Shown in pieces: positions 9,203 through 17,464 of a DNA stretch of 32,000 nt. Every line of letters starts with the position of its first letter. Positions within the stretch are counted from its first letter, which is position 1. The position numbers were made by a program, and so were the translations under genes. This stretch comes from an uncultured Chthoniobacterales bacterium. Its GTDB lineage: Bacteria > Verrucomicrobiota > Verrucomicrobiia > Chthoniobacterales > SZAS-18. Under the pieces are notes generated by a model. It was not told where the DNA came from. It did not search any database and saw only the letters and a program-made list of their open reading frames with translations. Location of the stretch: the NCBI GenBank assembly GCA_964246635.1, contig CAXTRS010000002.1, positions 15,066-47,065 of the forward strand, given 5' to 3'.

Positions 9203-10297
9203 TTAGATCGTTATTTCGCGCGCGCTGATCTCGTAACGGAAGCGCGCCGGGTCGAGACAGGGACATTTCCCCTCGTTGGTAAAGGCGTGGGGATACATCA
9301 AAAACGCAAAATCAGGTTCCTGCGATCCGATGCCGGGCAACACGATGTCTGTGGCGCTGTTGTAACCGATCCAGTTCATCTCCCATGAGCCGAACAATCG
9401 ATCGCGCAAAGCGCGCACCTCCGGGCTGTTGAGCGCCAGTTTTTGCTCTAGCACGACCTTGCGCACGTCCGCGGGATCCACCGGGAACCAGCCTTCGTCG
9501 TCGAGGAAAATCTCCGAGCGGCAGTGTTGCGCTTTGGAAATGTCTCCGCTGCGCCCCAGACACGGGAACAGGCGCGAGTCAGCGACGCGGATGCCGTAAA
9601 CGTCACGCGCCGGGAAGCCCGCCGCGCGGGCCAATCCGACCATGAGGCTATTGATGTCCGCGCACTTGCCGCCAAACTCGCCACGTTGCAGCATCTTTTT
9701 GATGTCGCCCCGGCCACAGCCGGGCGTGGCGGGGTCGCGATAGGTGTTGTCCACGACCCAATCGTAAATCGCGCGCAGGCGCTCGCGTGGTGTGGTTCGG
9801 TCAGCGACAATTCGCTTGACCGAGTCCTGCGCGATGACATCCGTGGGATCGCTCGGAGTCGGGGCAGTCCAGAACTGCCGCTCAGCCTCGGTCAAAGGCA
9901 GCAGCGGCGTCGCGGCACGGTCGCGCGTAGCGACGGTCTGCACCACTTCGAGGCGGCGCGGCCCGCGGTCTTTGCTCTCCCAAGTCGTATGGAGGATCGG
10001 AGCACCGTAGCGACGGTCAGATTCGCGCGTGGTAAAGCCGGTGCCGTTCCACTGCAGGTCGAGCGCGGTCTGGTAACCACCGGCCGTCTGCGCCACGGGA
10101 AGCCATAATTGCGCGGAACCAGCGGTGTCGGGCAACGTGACGCGAGTGGTGATCTCGAACCGACGCCAGCCCGCTGCGTCTGGCTTGGGAACGGGTGACG
10201 ATTCGCCAGCATGGCCAGGAGTGGGCAAGAGCACCGCCAGCGGTCCGGCGGCGAGCGGAGCGGTCACGGCAGTGGCGAGGAATTTGCGGCGGTTCAT
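9203..10297 (-). CDS. Tat-signal transglutaminase-like (Cys-His-Asp) family protein
   Basis: The N-terminus MNRRKFLATAVTAPLAAGPLA is a twin-arginine-like signal. The transglutaminase core is GKCADINSLMVGLARAAGFPARDVYG...QHCRSEIFLDDEGWFPVDPAD. Confidence 0.75.
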   Translation of the reverse strand: MNRRKFLATAVTAPLAAGPLAVLLPTPGHAGESSPVPKPDAAGWRRFEITTRVTLPDTAGSAQLWLPVAQTAGGYQTALDLQWNGTGFTTRESDRRYGAPILHTTWESKDRGPRRLEVVQTVATRDRAATPLLPLTEAERQFWTAPTPSDPTDVIAQDSVKRIVADRTTPRERLRAIYDWVVDNTYRDPATPGCGRGDIKKMLQRGEFGGKCADINSLMVGLARAAGFPARDVYGIRVADSRLFPCLGRSGDISKAQHCRSEIFLDDEGWFPVDPADVRKVVLEQKLALNSPEVRALRDRLFGSWEMNWIGYNSATDIVLPGIGSQEPDFAFLMYPHAFTNEGKCPCLDPARFRYEISAREITI

Positions 10298-10311
10298 GGG
10301 CTTGGAATAGA

Positions 10312-11682
10312 TTAACGAAACAGGGAGTGAATGGCGCGAACCAAAATCTCATCCTGGCGCGGAAAAATGGTGCGCAAATCCAGCAGCAGCCGACCGGTGG
10401 AAATGTAACCAATGACCGGCGGTGAGCCAAGCCGCAGACGCGCGGCGATTGCGGCGAGCGAATGATTTTGCGGCGCAAGGGCGAGAGCGACGGACGGGAT
10501 GCGCGCGCGCGGCAGCGTGCCGCCGCCGATTCGTGCCGCGCATTCGACGATGCGCAGATGCAGCGGCAGATCGCCGAGTGCGCTGGCGATGTTTTCCGCG
10601 CGCGCGCGCAGTTCGGCGCTGGAGACGCGCAGCAGTCCGAAAACCGGGATTTCGTCGCTACGGTTGGCCAGGTGGTGATCGACCGTGGCTTGCAGCGCGC
10701 CAAGAATGAGTTTGTCACAGCGCAACGCGCGAAAGAACGGTTCGCGCTTGAGCGCGGCGATCCATTTCCGGCGGCCGGCAATGAGACCAGCCTGAGGTCC
10801 ACCGAAAAGTTTATCGCCGCTACAGCAGACGAGATCGGCACCATCGCGCAACGCTTCCGCTGGCGTGCGTTCGTGTTCGACACCCGCCGCCTGGCTTTCC
10901 GTCGCCACCACCGCGCCACTGCCGAGATCTTCGACAAACGGAACCCGGGCCTTGCGCGCCAGCGCTGCGAGTTCGGCAGCATCGGGCGATACGGTGAATC
11001 CACCCTGGTAGAAATTGGAACGGTGGACTTTCAACACGAGCGCGGTGTCGAGGCCGAGCGCGGCGGCATAGTCGGCGGCGTCGGTTTTGTTCGTCGTCCC
11101 GCCCTCCTTGAGCTTCGCGCCGCTGGCTTCCAAAATTTCTGGAATACGGAAGCCGCCGCCGATCTGGATGAGTTCGCCGCGGGAAATGACGACCTCTTTT
11201 TTCGCACGGCGGGTGAAATGCCGCACCACGAGCACGAGCGCGGCGGCGCAGTTGTTGACGACCGCCACGGCTTCGGCAGCGCAAAGCAACGCGAGGTTCC
11301 CTTCCAGATAGCCGGCCCGCGCACCGCGTTCGCCGGTCGCGAGATCATACTCAAGATTGTTATAATTTACGGCGAGATCGGCGAGCGTCGCGACTGCCGA
11401 CGCGGCGAGCGGCGCACGGCCAAGGTTGGTGTGAATGATGACCCCAGTGCCGTTGATTACCGGCTGGATGCGCGAGCGCCAGAGATCTTCCAGGGCGCCG
11501 CGGACGCGAGCGAGCACAGCGTTGAAATCTGGTATCGGGCCAGACTTGATTTCTCCGCGCACGCTCGCCAGTTCGCGCCGGATCGCGGCGACCACGGCGG
11601 GACGCGGAAGATCGAGCGGATCCAGGGCTTGGAGCAGCTTCTCGACCGAGGGAATGGCGCGGAGAACAGGCGACGGATTCAC
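10312..11682 (-). CDS. selA: L-seryl-tRNA(Sec) selenium transferase SelA
   Basis: 456 aa with a GTG start. The N-terminus LRAIPSVEKLLQ and the PLP-lysine region CCSGDKLFGGPQAGLIAG are characteristic of SelA. Confidence 0.93.
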   Translation of the reverse strand: MNPSPVLRAIPSVEKLLQALDPLDLPRPAVVAAIRRELASVRGEIKSGPIPDFNAVLARVRGALEDLWRSRIQPVINGTGVIIHTNLGRAPLAASAVATLADLAVNYNNLEYDLATGERGARAGYLEGNLALLCAAEAVAVVNNCAAALVLVVRHFTRRAKKEVVISRGELIQIGGGFRIPEILEASGAKLKEGGTTNKTDAADYAAALGLDTALVLKVHRSNFYQGGFTVSPDAAELAALARKARVPFVEDLGSGAVVATESQAAGVEHERTPAEALRDGADLVCCSGDKLFGGPQAGLIAGRRKWIAALKREPFFRALRCDKLILGALQATVDHHLANRSDEIPVFGLLRVSSAELRARAENIASALGDLPLHLRIVECAARIGGGTLPRARIPSVALALAPQNHSLAAIAARLRLGSPPVIGYISTGRLLLDLRTIFPRQDEILVRAIHSLFR

Positions 11683-11725
11683 GGGTGAGAACGTCTCGGA
11701 TTTGTGACACCGCAGCGGTGCGCCC

Positions 11726-12787
11726 CTACCTCACCGAGATTTTCGGCTGAGCCGAGCGGACAATTTGACCGATGATGCGGACGCAGGGTGTGCGTTGCTT
11801 TTTCAGCAGCGCCATAACCTCCGTCTGCTTTTTCGGCCGCACGCAAAGCAGCAGCCCGCCGCTGGTTTGTGCGTCGGCGAGCAGGAGGCGCCGAGCAAGA
11901 TCACGCGTGTGCCATTCCGTGACCTCGTTCGCGGTTTCCAAGTTTTGCCGGCTGCCTCCGGGAATGCAGCCGGCTGCGATCAGATCAAAAATTTCCTCGT
12001 GGATCGCCGGCACTCGCGCCGCCTCTATCTCTGCGCCGACGCCACTGGCCTGGCACATCGAAATGAGGTGGCCCAGCAGGCCGTAGCCCGTGATGTCTGT
12101 TGCCGCGCGCACCAACCCAGCTTCGGCTAATACCGCGCCAGCGGTATTGAGCCGGGTCATCAGCGCGACGGCTTTCTTTTCCAACGCCGGCGAGCAAAGG
12201 CCGCGCTTGAGCGCCGTTGTGGCGATGCCGGTGCCGAGGGGTTTCGTTAGAAGGAGAAGGTCGCCTGGCCTGGCGTGCGCGTTCGTCATCATCCGTCGAG
12301 GGTTTACCAGCCCCGTCACTGCCAAGCCGTAGATCGGTTCAGGATTGCGAATCGAATGGCCGCCGATCAGCGCGCACTTCGCTGCTCGCGCCACGCTGGC
12401 GCCGCCGCGCAGGATTTGTGCGATGACCTCCAACGGCAGGAGATCGGTCGGCACACCGAGCAATGCCAGTGCGGTCAATGGCCGGCCGCCCATCGCGAAG
12501 ACATCGCTCAGCGCATTGGTCGCGGCAATGCGTCCATAGGTAAAGGGATCGTCCACGATCGGCGTAAAAAAATCAACGGTCTGCACCAGTGCGCGAGACC
12601 CCGTGGACAGCGGCAGGCGATAAACGCCCGCGTCATCCGCGGTGGCACTGCCGACGAGCAAGTTCGTGTCGCTCGGCAGGCGAGGTAGGTGACGCAAAAC
12701 TTGCGTCAGAGCCGTCTGGCTCAACTTTGACGCTCAACCGGCGCAGCTCGATAGGGCCGTCAGCTTCAGGCTTGCTTTACGCGACAT
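11726..12787 (-). CDS. selD: selenide, water dikinase SelD, Sec-containing form (in-frame UGA at 12734..12736, residue 18)
   Basis: ORF-track entry 11726..12724 starts at TTG just after an in-frame TGA. Reading through gives MSRKASLKLTALSSCAGUASKLSQTALTQVL... from ATG 12785..12787. This reproduces the SelD N-terminal glycine-rich loop, in which Sec/Cys precedes xxK (E. coli GAGCGCK). The rest of the protein is clearly SelD-like (NLLVGSATADDAGVY...). Confidence 0.88.
12691..12736 (-). promoter_or_regulatory. selD UGA plus candidate SECIS region (two hairpins)
   Basis: Two hairpins follow the UGA on the minus strand. The first is GAGCC-AGAC-GGCUC (plus coordinates 12709..12722). The second is GACGCAA-GUU-UUGCGUC (12691..12707), with its loop 33 nt after the UGA. 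I cannot decide by eye which of them, if either, binds SelB. Confidence 0.4.
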
Positions 12788-12827
12788 GACGCATCACCTC
12801 CGTTCTAGAATAGATGATAGATGAAAG

Positions 12828-12926
12828 TGGCGGAGAGGGCCGGAATCGAACCGACCTCGCCTGCGCGAACGCAGGCCGACAGCAGTTTTGAAGACCGCGA
12901 GGGCCACCAGGCACCCATCACTCTCC
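12828..12926 (-). tRNA. selC: tRNA-Sec (anticodon UCA), 99 nt including encoded CCA
   Basis: The minus-strand sequence is GGAGAGTGATGGGTGCCTGGTGGCCCTCGCGGTCTTCAAAACTGCTGTCGGCCTGCGTTCGCGCAGGCGAGGTCGGTTCGATTCCGGCCCTCTCCGCCA. It has a long acceptor stem, the anticodon loop CUUCAAA (UCA), a long variable arm (CUGUCGGCCUGCGUUCGCGCAGGCGAG) and a GGTTCGATTCC T-arm. It lies immediately upstream of selD. Confidence 0.92.
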
Positions 12927-12986
12927 GGTAAAATCAAGCCGCCGAACCGGCTGCTGCGAGCCGCGACGCTGCTGAAGCGGCAACTG

Positions 12987-13205
12987 TTAAAGCTTGTTGT
13001 GAATCGTTTTGACCAGCTTGTCGAAGCTGGGGAACCAGCCGGCCTGGAACTTGGAATGGAACAGTTCACTTTTGATGCTGACTTCGAAGGCACCATCGCC
13101 GGTCGGCGCATGGAGCATAGTGACGGTGCGCCACTCGAGTCCGAGAATTCTCGCCGACAGGCTGGTGGTCTTGAAGTCGTAATTTCAGACCGCGCGGTAT
13201 TGCAA
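12987..13205 (-). CDS. SelW-like (Rdx/SelW-SelT-SelH family) small selenoprotein candidate, in-frame UGA at 13185..13187; N-terminus atypical, possibly decaying
   Basis: This ORF is not in the ORF track. The minus-strand frame reads (TTG)MQYRAV-U-NYDFKTTSLSARILGLEWRTVTMLHAPTGDGAFEVSIKSELFHSKFQAGWFPSFDKLVKTIHNKL*. The spacing YxxxU near the N-terminus, GxFEV and SK..G.FP match the SelW-like thioredoxin-fold pattern. Arg replaces the usual Cys of CxxU, and only 6 residues precede U. Confidence 0.5.
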
Positions 13206-13564
13206 TGACGATTACCCGCTTCGTTGCGCGTGAGCTTTTCTACGCTGGCGCGTGTGCAGCGTCAAATTTCTCCGGACCTTCGGCGAGGATGCCGCCGAAT
13301 TTCGACTGAAGCAAAAAATTACTGTGACTTCCGGCATGGCTGATATGCTCTCCAAGTGCTGGAGAAATTCGACGGCAAGGGGGGTGACAATTCGGGTGGT
13401 AGGAATTCTCGTTTGGTGCGCCATCGTGGCTGACCGGCAGCCACGTCAACCATTCCCAATGCACCCGTTGCGGATTTTGAGGCTTGACCCTAAGATGTTT
13501 TGCCGATAGACCTCGATTCCACGAGATTCAGGATTCCGAATGCGACTCGGGAGGAACTAACCGG

Positions 13565-13831
13565 ATGGAAATTGAACCTGTTAAAGCCCGCATCAAGGAT
13601 ATTATTCGCGAGTGTGCTCAGCTTCCGCCCGGCGACATAGACGAGGCGGCGAACCTGCATCAAGAATTGAGGATCGACTCCCTTACGCTTCTCGAAATCG
13701 CTCTGATGATCGATCAGGAGTTCAAGACCGACTTTTCAGAAAACGAACTCATGACTATGGCGAGTGTTCAAACCGCCGCTGCCATGGTCGTCAATCGGCT
13801 CGCGGCGAAGTCGGTTAGCCAACCTGTGTGA
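13565..13831 (+). CDS. acyl carrier protein (phosphopantetheine-binding)
   Basis: Based on ORF 13484..13831. The start was moved to ATG 13565, which is preceded by GGGAGGA (13549..13555). The Ser attachment motif is LRIDSLTLLEIALMIDQEF. The stop overlaps the KS start (GTGTGA). Confidence 0.85.
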   Translation: MEIEPVKARIKDIIRECAQLPPGDIDEAANLHQELRIDSLTLLEIALMIDQEFKTDFSENELMTMASVQTAAAMVVNRLAAKSVSQPV

Positions 13832-15048
13832 AGTCGATTGTTATCACCGGCTTGGGACTGGTGACGCCCATCGGGTCAGGTGTGGAGTCCTTCTGGCGCA
13901 ATCTGCTGGAGGGGCGAAGCGGTTTTTCCGAGGTTTCGAGCTTCGATACGAGTGGATATCGGGTTCACCGCGGAGCTGAAGTTCAAGGTGATTGCTGGGA
14001 CAACGGATTTCTTAACGAAAGTGATCGCGTCCACGGGCGCACCCTGCAGTTTGCCCTGGCCGCAACCCGGATGGCGCTTGAAGATGCCGGCCTGCCGCCC
14101 GGCGATCTCGATCCCTCGCGAACGGGGATCGTCATGGGCACGACATCGGGCGAGCCAGGTGAGATCGAGCATTTCAACGACCTCGACATCGCGCAAAGAC
14201 TGAGCGAACTCGGCTCCCGCTTTACGGATCGTTATCCGTGCCATCATATTCCTGGTTTAGTTGCAGCCGACCTAGGGATTTACGGCGGGGGAGGGCCAGT
14301 GATGCTGCCAGTGGCCTGTGCCGCCGGCAATTGCGCCATTGCTCATGCATTCGATCTTCTCCGCACTGGGGAGGCTGATGTGATGCTGGCGGGCGGGGCG
14401 GACGCTTTCTCGCGAATCCCCTACACCGGATTCTCGGGGATGCTGGCAATTGCCCCCGAACGGTGCCAGCCATTCGATCGGAACCGCAGAGGCATGATCC
14501 CCGGCGAGGGTGTGGCGATCCTCGTCCTCGAAAGCCGCGAGCGCGCCATCGCGCGCGATGCCCGCATCTATGCCGAAGTTGCCGGATACGGCCTTTCGTG
14601 TGACGCGTATCATATGACCGGGAGCGACCCGGATGGGCGCGGAGCCGCTCGGGCGATGGAAAAAGCGTTTGCCCAAGCCGGATGCTCGCCCTGCGATGTG
14701 GACTACATCAGCGCTCACGGCACTGGCACGAAGAGCAACGACTTTCACGAGACGATGGCCGTCAAGCGGGTCTTCGGAGACAGGGCATATCGTGTCCCGA
14801 TCAGTTCCATCAAATCGATGCTGGGCCATACCATGGGGGCCGCCTCGGCGATCGAAGCGGCGACGTGTTGTCTCGCGATCACTCGCAGCGCCATCCCAGG
14901 GACGATGAACCTCATGGAAGCCGACCCCGACTGCGATCTTGACTATGTCCCGAACGCAGCGCGCGCCAGACCTGTCAAATTGGCGATGAACAATGCCTAC
15001 GCGTTCGGCGGCACCAACGCCTCGCTCCTTCTCCGAGGACTCTCATGA
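13828..15048 (+). CDS. beta-ketoacyl-ACP synthase (FabF/KS-alpha type), catalytically complete
   Basis: 406 aa. The Cys-His-His triad contexts are present: PVACAAGNCAIAHA, ISAHGTGTKSND and MLGHTMGAASA. The C-terminus NAYAFGGTNASLLL is typical of KS. Confidence 0.9.
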   Translation: MKSIVITGLGLVTPIGSGVESFWRNLLEGRSGFSEVSSFDTSGYRVHRGAEVQGDCWDNGFLNESDRVHGRTLQFALAATRMALEDAGLPPGDLDPSRTGIVMGTTSGEPGEIEHFNDLDIAQRLSELGSRFTDRYPCHHIPGLVAADLGIYGGGGPVMLPVACAAGNCAIAHAFDLLRTGEADVMLAGGADAFSRIPYTGFSGMLAIAPERCQPFDRNRRGMIPGEGVAILVLESRERAIARDARIYAEVAGYGLSCDAYHMTGSDPDGRGAARAMEKAFAQAGCSPCDVDYISAHGTGTKSNDFHETMAVKRVFGDRAYRVPISSIKSMLGHTMGAASAIEAATCCLAITRSAIPGTMNLMEADPDCDLDYVPNAARARPVKLAMNNAYAFGGTNASLLLRGLS

Positions 15049-16289
15049 TTCCGGCGAGGAATCGGGTTGTAATCACAGGTGCCGGCGTCATCTCCGCACT
15101 CGGTGACAACGCGACCGCGCTCCACGAGGCGCTGTCCAGTGGCAAGAGCGCCCTCGGGCAGATCACTCTCTTCGATCGGGAGCTTTCCCGCGGTGCGCGG
15201 GGCGCAGAGATCAAGGATTTCGACGCGAAGCGTTATCTAGGAGATGTCAATCTGCGCCCGCTCGATCGCACCGGACAGTTGGCAGTGTGTGGCGCGAAGG
15301 GAGCACTTGAAGCGAGCGGCTGGACGCCGGAAATGCGCGAGGCGGTGGACGTCGATCTCGTTTTGGGAACAATGTTTTGTTGTGCGCACACAAACACCCA
15401 GTTTGATCGCGCCACGCTTGTGTCCGGCCCAAAGCACATCAAGCCATTGGATTTTGCCAATACGGTAATCAATTCCGCCACGGGGCAGACGGCCATCTGG
15501 CATCGCCTGCGCGGCGCAAGCATGACGGTTTGCGCCGGCACGACCTCCGGCCTTCATGCGTTACAATACGCGGCCCGACGCGTGGTGCTGGGCTGGTCCG
15601 AAGCTGTGCTCGTCGGCGGGGTGGAGGAACTTTGCTTCGAGACTTGGTTTGGCTTTGCCCAGTCCGGCCACCTTCAGCCGATCCAGGAAGAAGAAGGACC
15701 GCGGCCCTTCTCCCGCAGGCGCAACGGATTTCTGCCGGGCGAAGGCAGCGGCTATCTCATGCTCGAAAGTGCCGCTGCCGCGGCGGCGCGTGGAGCTCCC
15801 ATTCTCGGCGAAATCGCAGGTTGGGGTTCCAGCTACGATCCAAGTCGAGGCGCGAGCCGGGACGGAGGAGTCGCCGCAGGCACCCGGGCCGTCGCCGGCG
15901 CGCTTGCCCAAGCAGGCATCTCGGCCGTGGAAATTGGCTGCCTTGGTCTTTCGGGGAATGGCAGTCCGGAAGGTGATCGCGATCAAGCCTGCACCTTGCG
16001 AGAGGTGTTCGGCTCGCGTTTGTCCTCGGTCCCCGCTTTCGCGCTGGCCGGGGCGGTGGGCGAAACGTTCGGTGCCTCCGGTTTGCTCCACGCGATCACG
16101 CTGCTTGAGTCCGGAAGGATCGGCTTGGTTCCACCAACTCGCTCCTACGACAACGATGATGGATCGCTCCCGGCTTTGGGATTGAGAGAAAGCCCCATCG
16201 CCTCCGCTTTTCTCCACGGCCTGGTTCTAGCGAACGGCTTCGATGGCAGCACGGCAGCCGTGATGCTCAAAGTCGGCGCGGACGTCTGA
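15045..16289 (+). CDS. KS-beta / chain-length-factor-like ketosynthase homologue lacking the catalytic triad
   Basis: 414 aa; its ATG overlaps the KS stop (ATGA). By-eye alignment to the upstream KS puts Thr at the Cys position (TVCAGTTSGLHALQYA). Ser replaces the first His (GLSGNGSPEGD) and Glu replaces the second (AVGETFGASG). Confidence 0.8.
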   Translation: MIPARNRVVITGAGVISALGDNATALHEALSSGKSALGQITLFDRELSRGARGAEIKDFDAKRYLGDVNLRPLDRTGQLAVCGAKGALEASGWTPEMREAVDVDLVLGTMFCCAHTNTQFDRATLVSGPKHIKPLDFANTVINSATGQTAIWHRLRGASMTVCAGTTSGLHALQYAARRVVLGWSEAVLVGGVEELCFETWFGFAQSGHLQPIQEEEGPRPFSRRRNGFLPGEGSGYLMLESAAAAAARGAPILGEIAGWGSSYDPSRGASRDGGVAAGTRAVAGALAQAGISAVEIGCLGLSGNGSPEGDRDQACTLREVFGSRLSSVPAFALAGAVGETFGASGLLHAITLLESGRIGLVPPTRSYDNDDGSLPALGLRESPIASAFLHGLVLANGFDGSTAAVMLKVGADV

Positions 16290-16293
16290 TGTC

Positions 16294-17456
16294 ATGAAAG
16301 ATCAGCCATCGCATCCACTCATTCCCCGGTATTCCACCGAGGAATTCCACGAGGAGTCTCTCGTCGGAAGACGCCAGTGGGTCGAGCAAATGACGGGGGC
16401 GAATCTTTCGATGATCGGGCAGGGAAAAATTCCCGCAGCGGCGATGCGCGGAAATTTGGAAAATGCGATCGGCACGGTGCAGATGCCGTTGGGGATTGCG
16501 GGCCCGCTGCTCGTCCGTGGCGAGCACGCGCAGGGCGTATTCTATGTGCCCCTGGCAACAACGGAAGGTGCTCTCGTGCGCTCATATGAGCGCGGCATGG
16601 CGCTCTTAACCCGAGCTGGAGGCGTGGAGGTTCGGATTGAGCGGGATGAGAATCAGATCAGCCCGACTTTTCAGTTTGCCGGCGTCGCGCAGGCGGCGGC
16701 GTTCGCCCGTTTCATTGCGGAAAATGTTGAGGAGTTGCGCCGGCACGCGGAGGCGACCACCTCGCACGGGAAATTGCTCGCCGCCGAGCCGCTGGTAGTA
16801 GGGCGAGATGTAGTGGTGGTCTTCCGCTACCACACAGGCGATGCACACGGGATGAACATGATCGCGAAAGCGACCGACGCCGCTTGTCGTTGGCTGGTGA
16901 AGCACAGCAACGCCGTTTCCTATCTGCTCTTTAGCGGCCTCAGTGCCGAGAAGCGCCCGAGCGCTCGTGGTCTGCTGGGTGGTAAAGGCAAGAAGGTCAC
17001 TGCCGGAGCGGAGATCCCTGCGAAATGGGTGCGCCTCTACCTGCATACCACACCCGAAGAACTGTCCGATCTTTGGCGAAGGACGGTCGTGGGTAATATC
17101 ATGGCTGGGGCCATCGGATACGGTGGTCACTGCGCAAATGGCCTCACCGCCCTCTTCATCGCGTGCGGACAGGATGTCGCCAATGTCGCAAATTCGGTCG
17201 TCGGCCTCACGAGCTTCGAGGTCACTCCGAAGGGGAATCTTTACGCTTCATGCACTCTAAGCTCGCTCGTCGTCGCGACGGTGGGTGGGGGGGTGGACCT
17301 GGGAACAAGCCGCGAATGCCTCGCGTTGCGCGGAAGCTCGCGGAAATCGCCACCGCCGCCGCACTGGCGGGGGAACTCTCTCTGGGGGCCGCACTGGCCA
17401 GCGGAGAATTCGTCGCGGCACATGAAAATTTTGGACGCAACCGGCCGCTTGCCTAG
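16294..17456 (+). pseudogene. HMG-CoA reductase-like (class I-type catalytic domain) oxidoreductase, frameshifted near 17326..17330
   Basis: Motifs: ENAIGTVQMPLGIAGPLLV, VPLATTEGALV, GDAHGMNMI, FIACGQDVANV and ATVGGGVDLGTSRECLAL. After ECLAL the ORF-track frame becomes nonsense and overlaps the next gene. The conserved C-terminus ARKLAEIATAAALAGELSLGAALASGEFVAAHENFGRNRP is in the frame of ORF 17163..17456 and stops at TAG 17454, 8 nt before the next ATG. Confidence 0.75.
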
Positions 17457-17464
17457 TCTCTGCC

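Noticed and set aside
7766-9388. 540-aa plus-strand ORF
   Set aside because: It is antisense to selB and to the 3' end of the transglutaminase-like gene. It has no motifs, low-complexity Arg/Ala composition, and crosses a gene boundary.
10017-11688. ORFs 10462..11688 (+, 408 aa) and 10017..11003 (-, 328 aa)
   Set aside because: These are alternative-frame or antisense shadows of selA and the TGase-like gene. The selA frame carries the diagnostic PLP-lysine motif and these do not.
13484-13520. Sigma-70-type promoter (TTGACC ... ATAGAC)
   Set aside because: The -10 candidate matches the consensus poorly, and promoter consensus in this lineage is uncertain. This is not enough support to call a feature.
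13484-13564. N-terminal extension of the ACP ORF (MTLRCFADRPRFHEIQDSECDSGGTNR)
   Set aside because: The ACP fold begins at MEIEPVKARIKDII. ATG 13565 has a GGGAGGA Shine-Dalgarno 9 nt upstream, and the extension has no ACP-like sequence.
15561-16217. Minus-strand ORFs inside the biosynthetic and FG-GAP genes (for example 15561..16217, 14272..14829, 25792..26355, 27031..27783)
   Set aside because: All are antisense to genes with strong family motifs, and none has recognisable domains.
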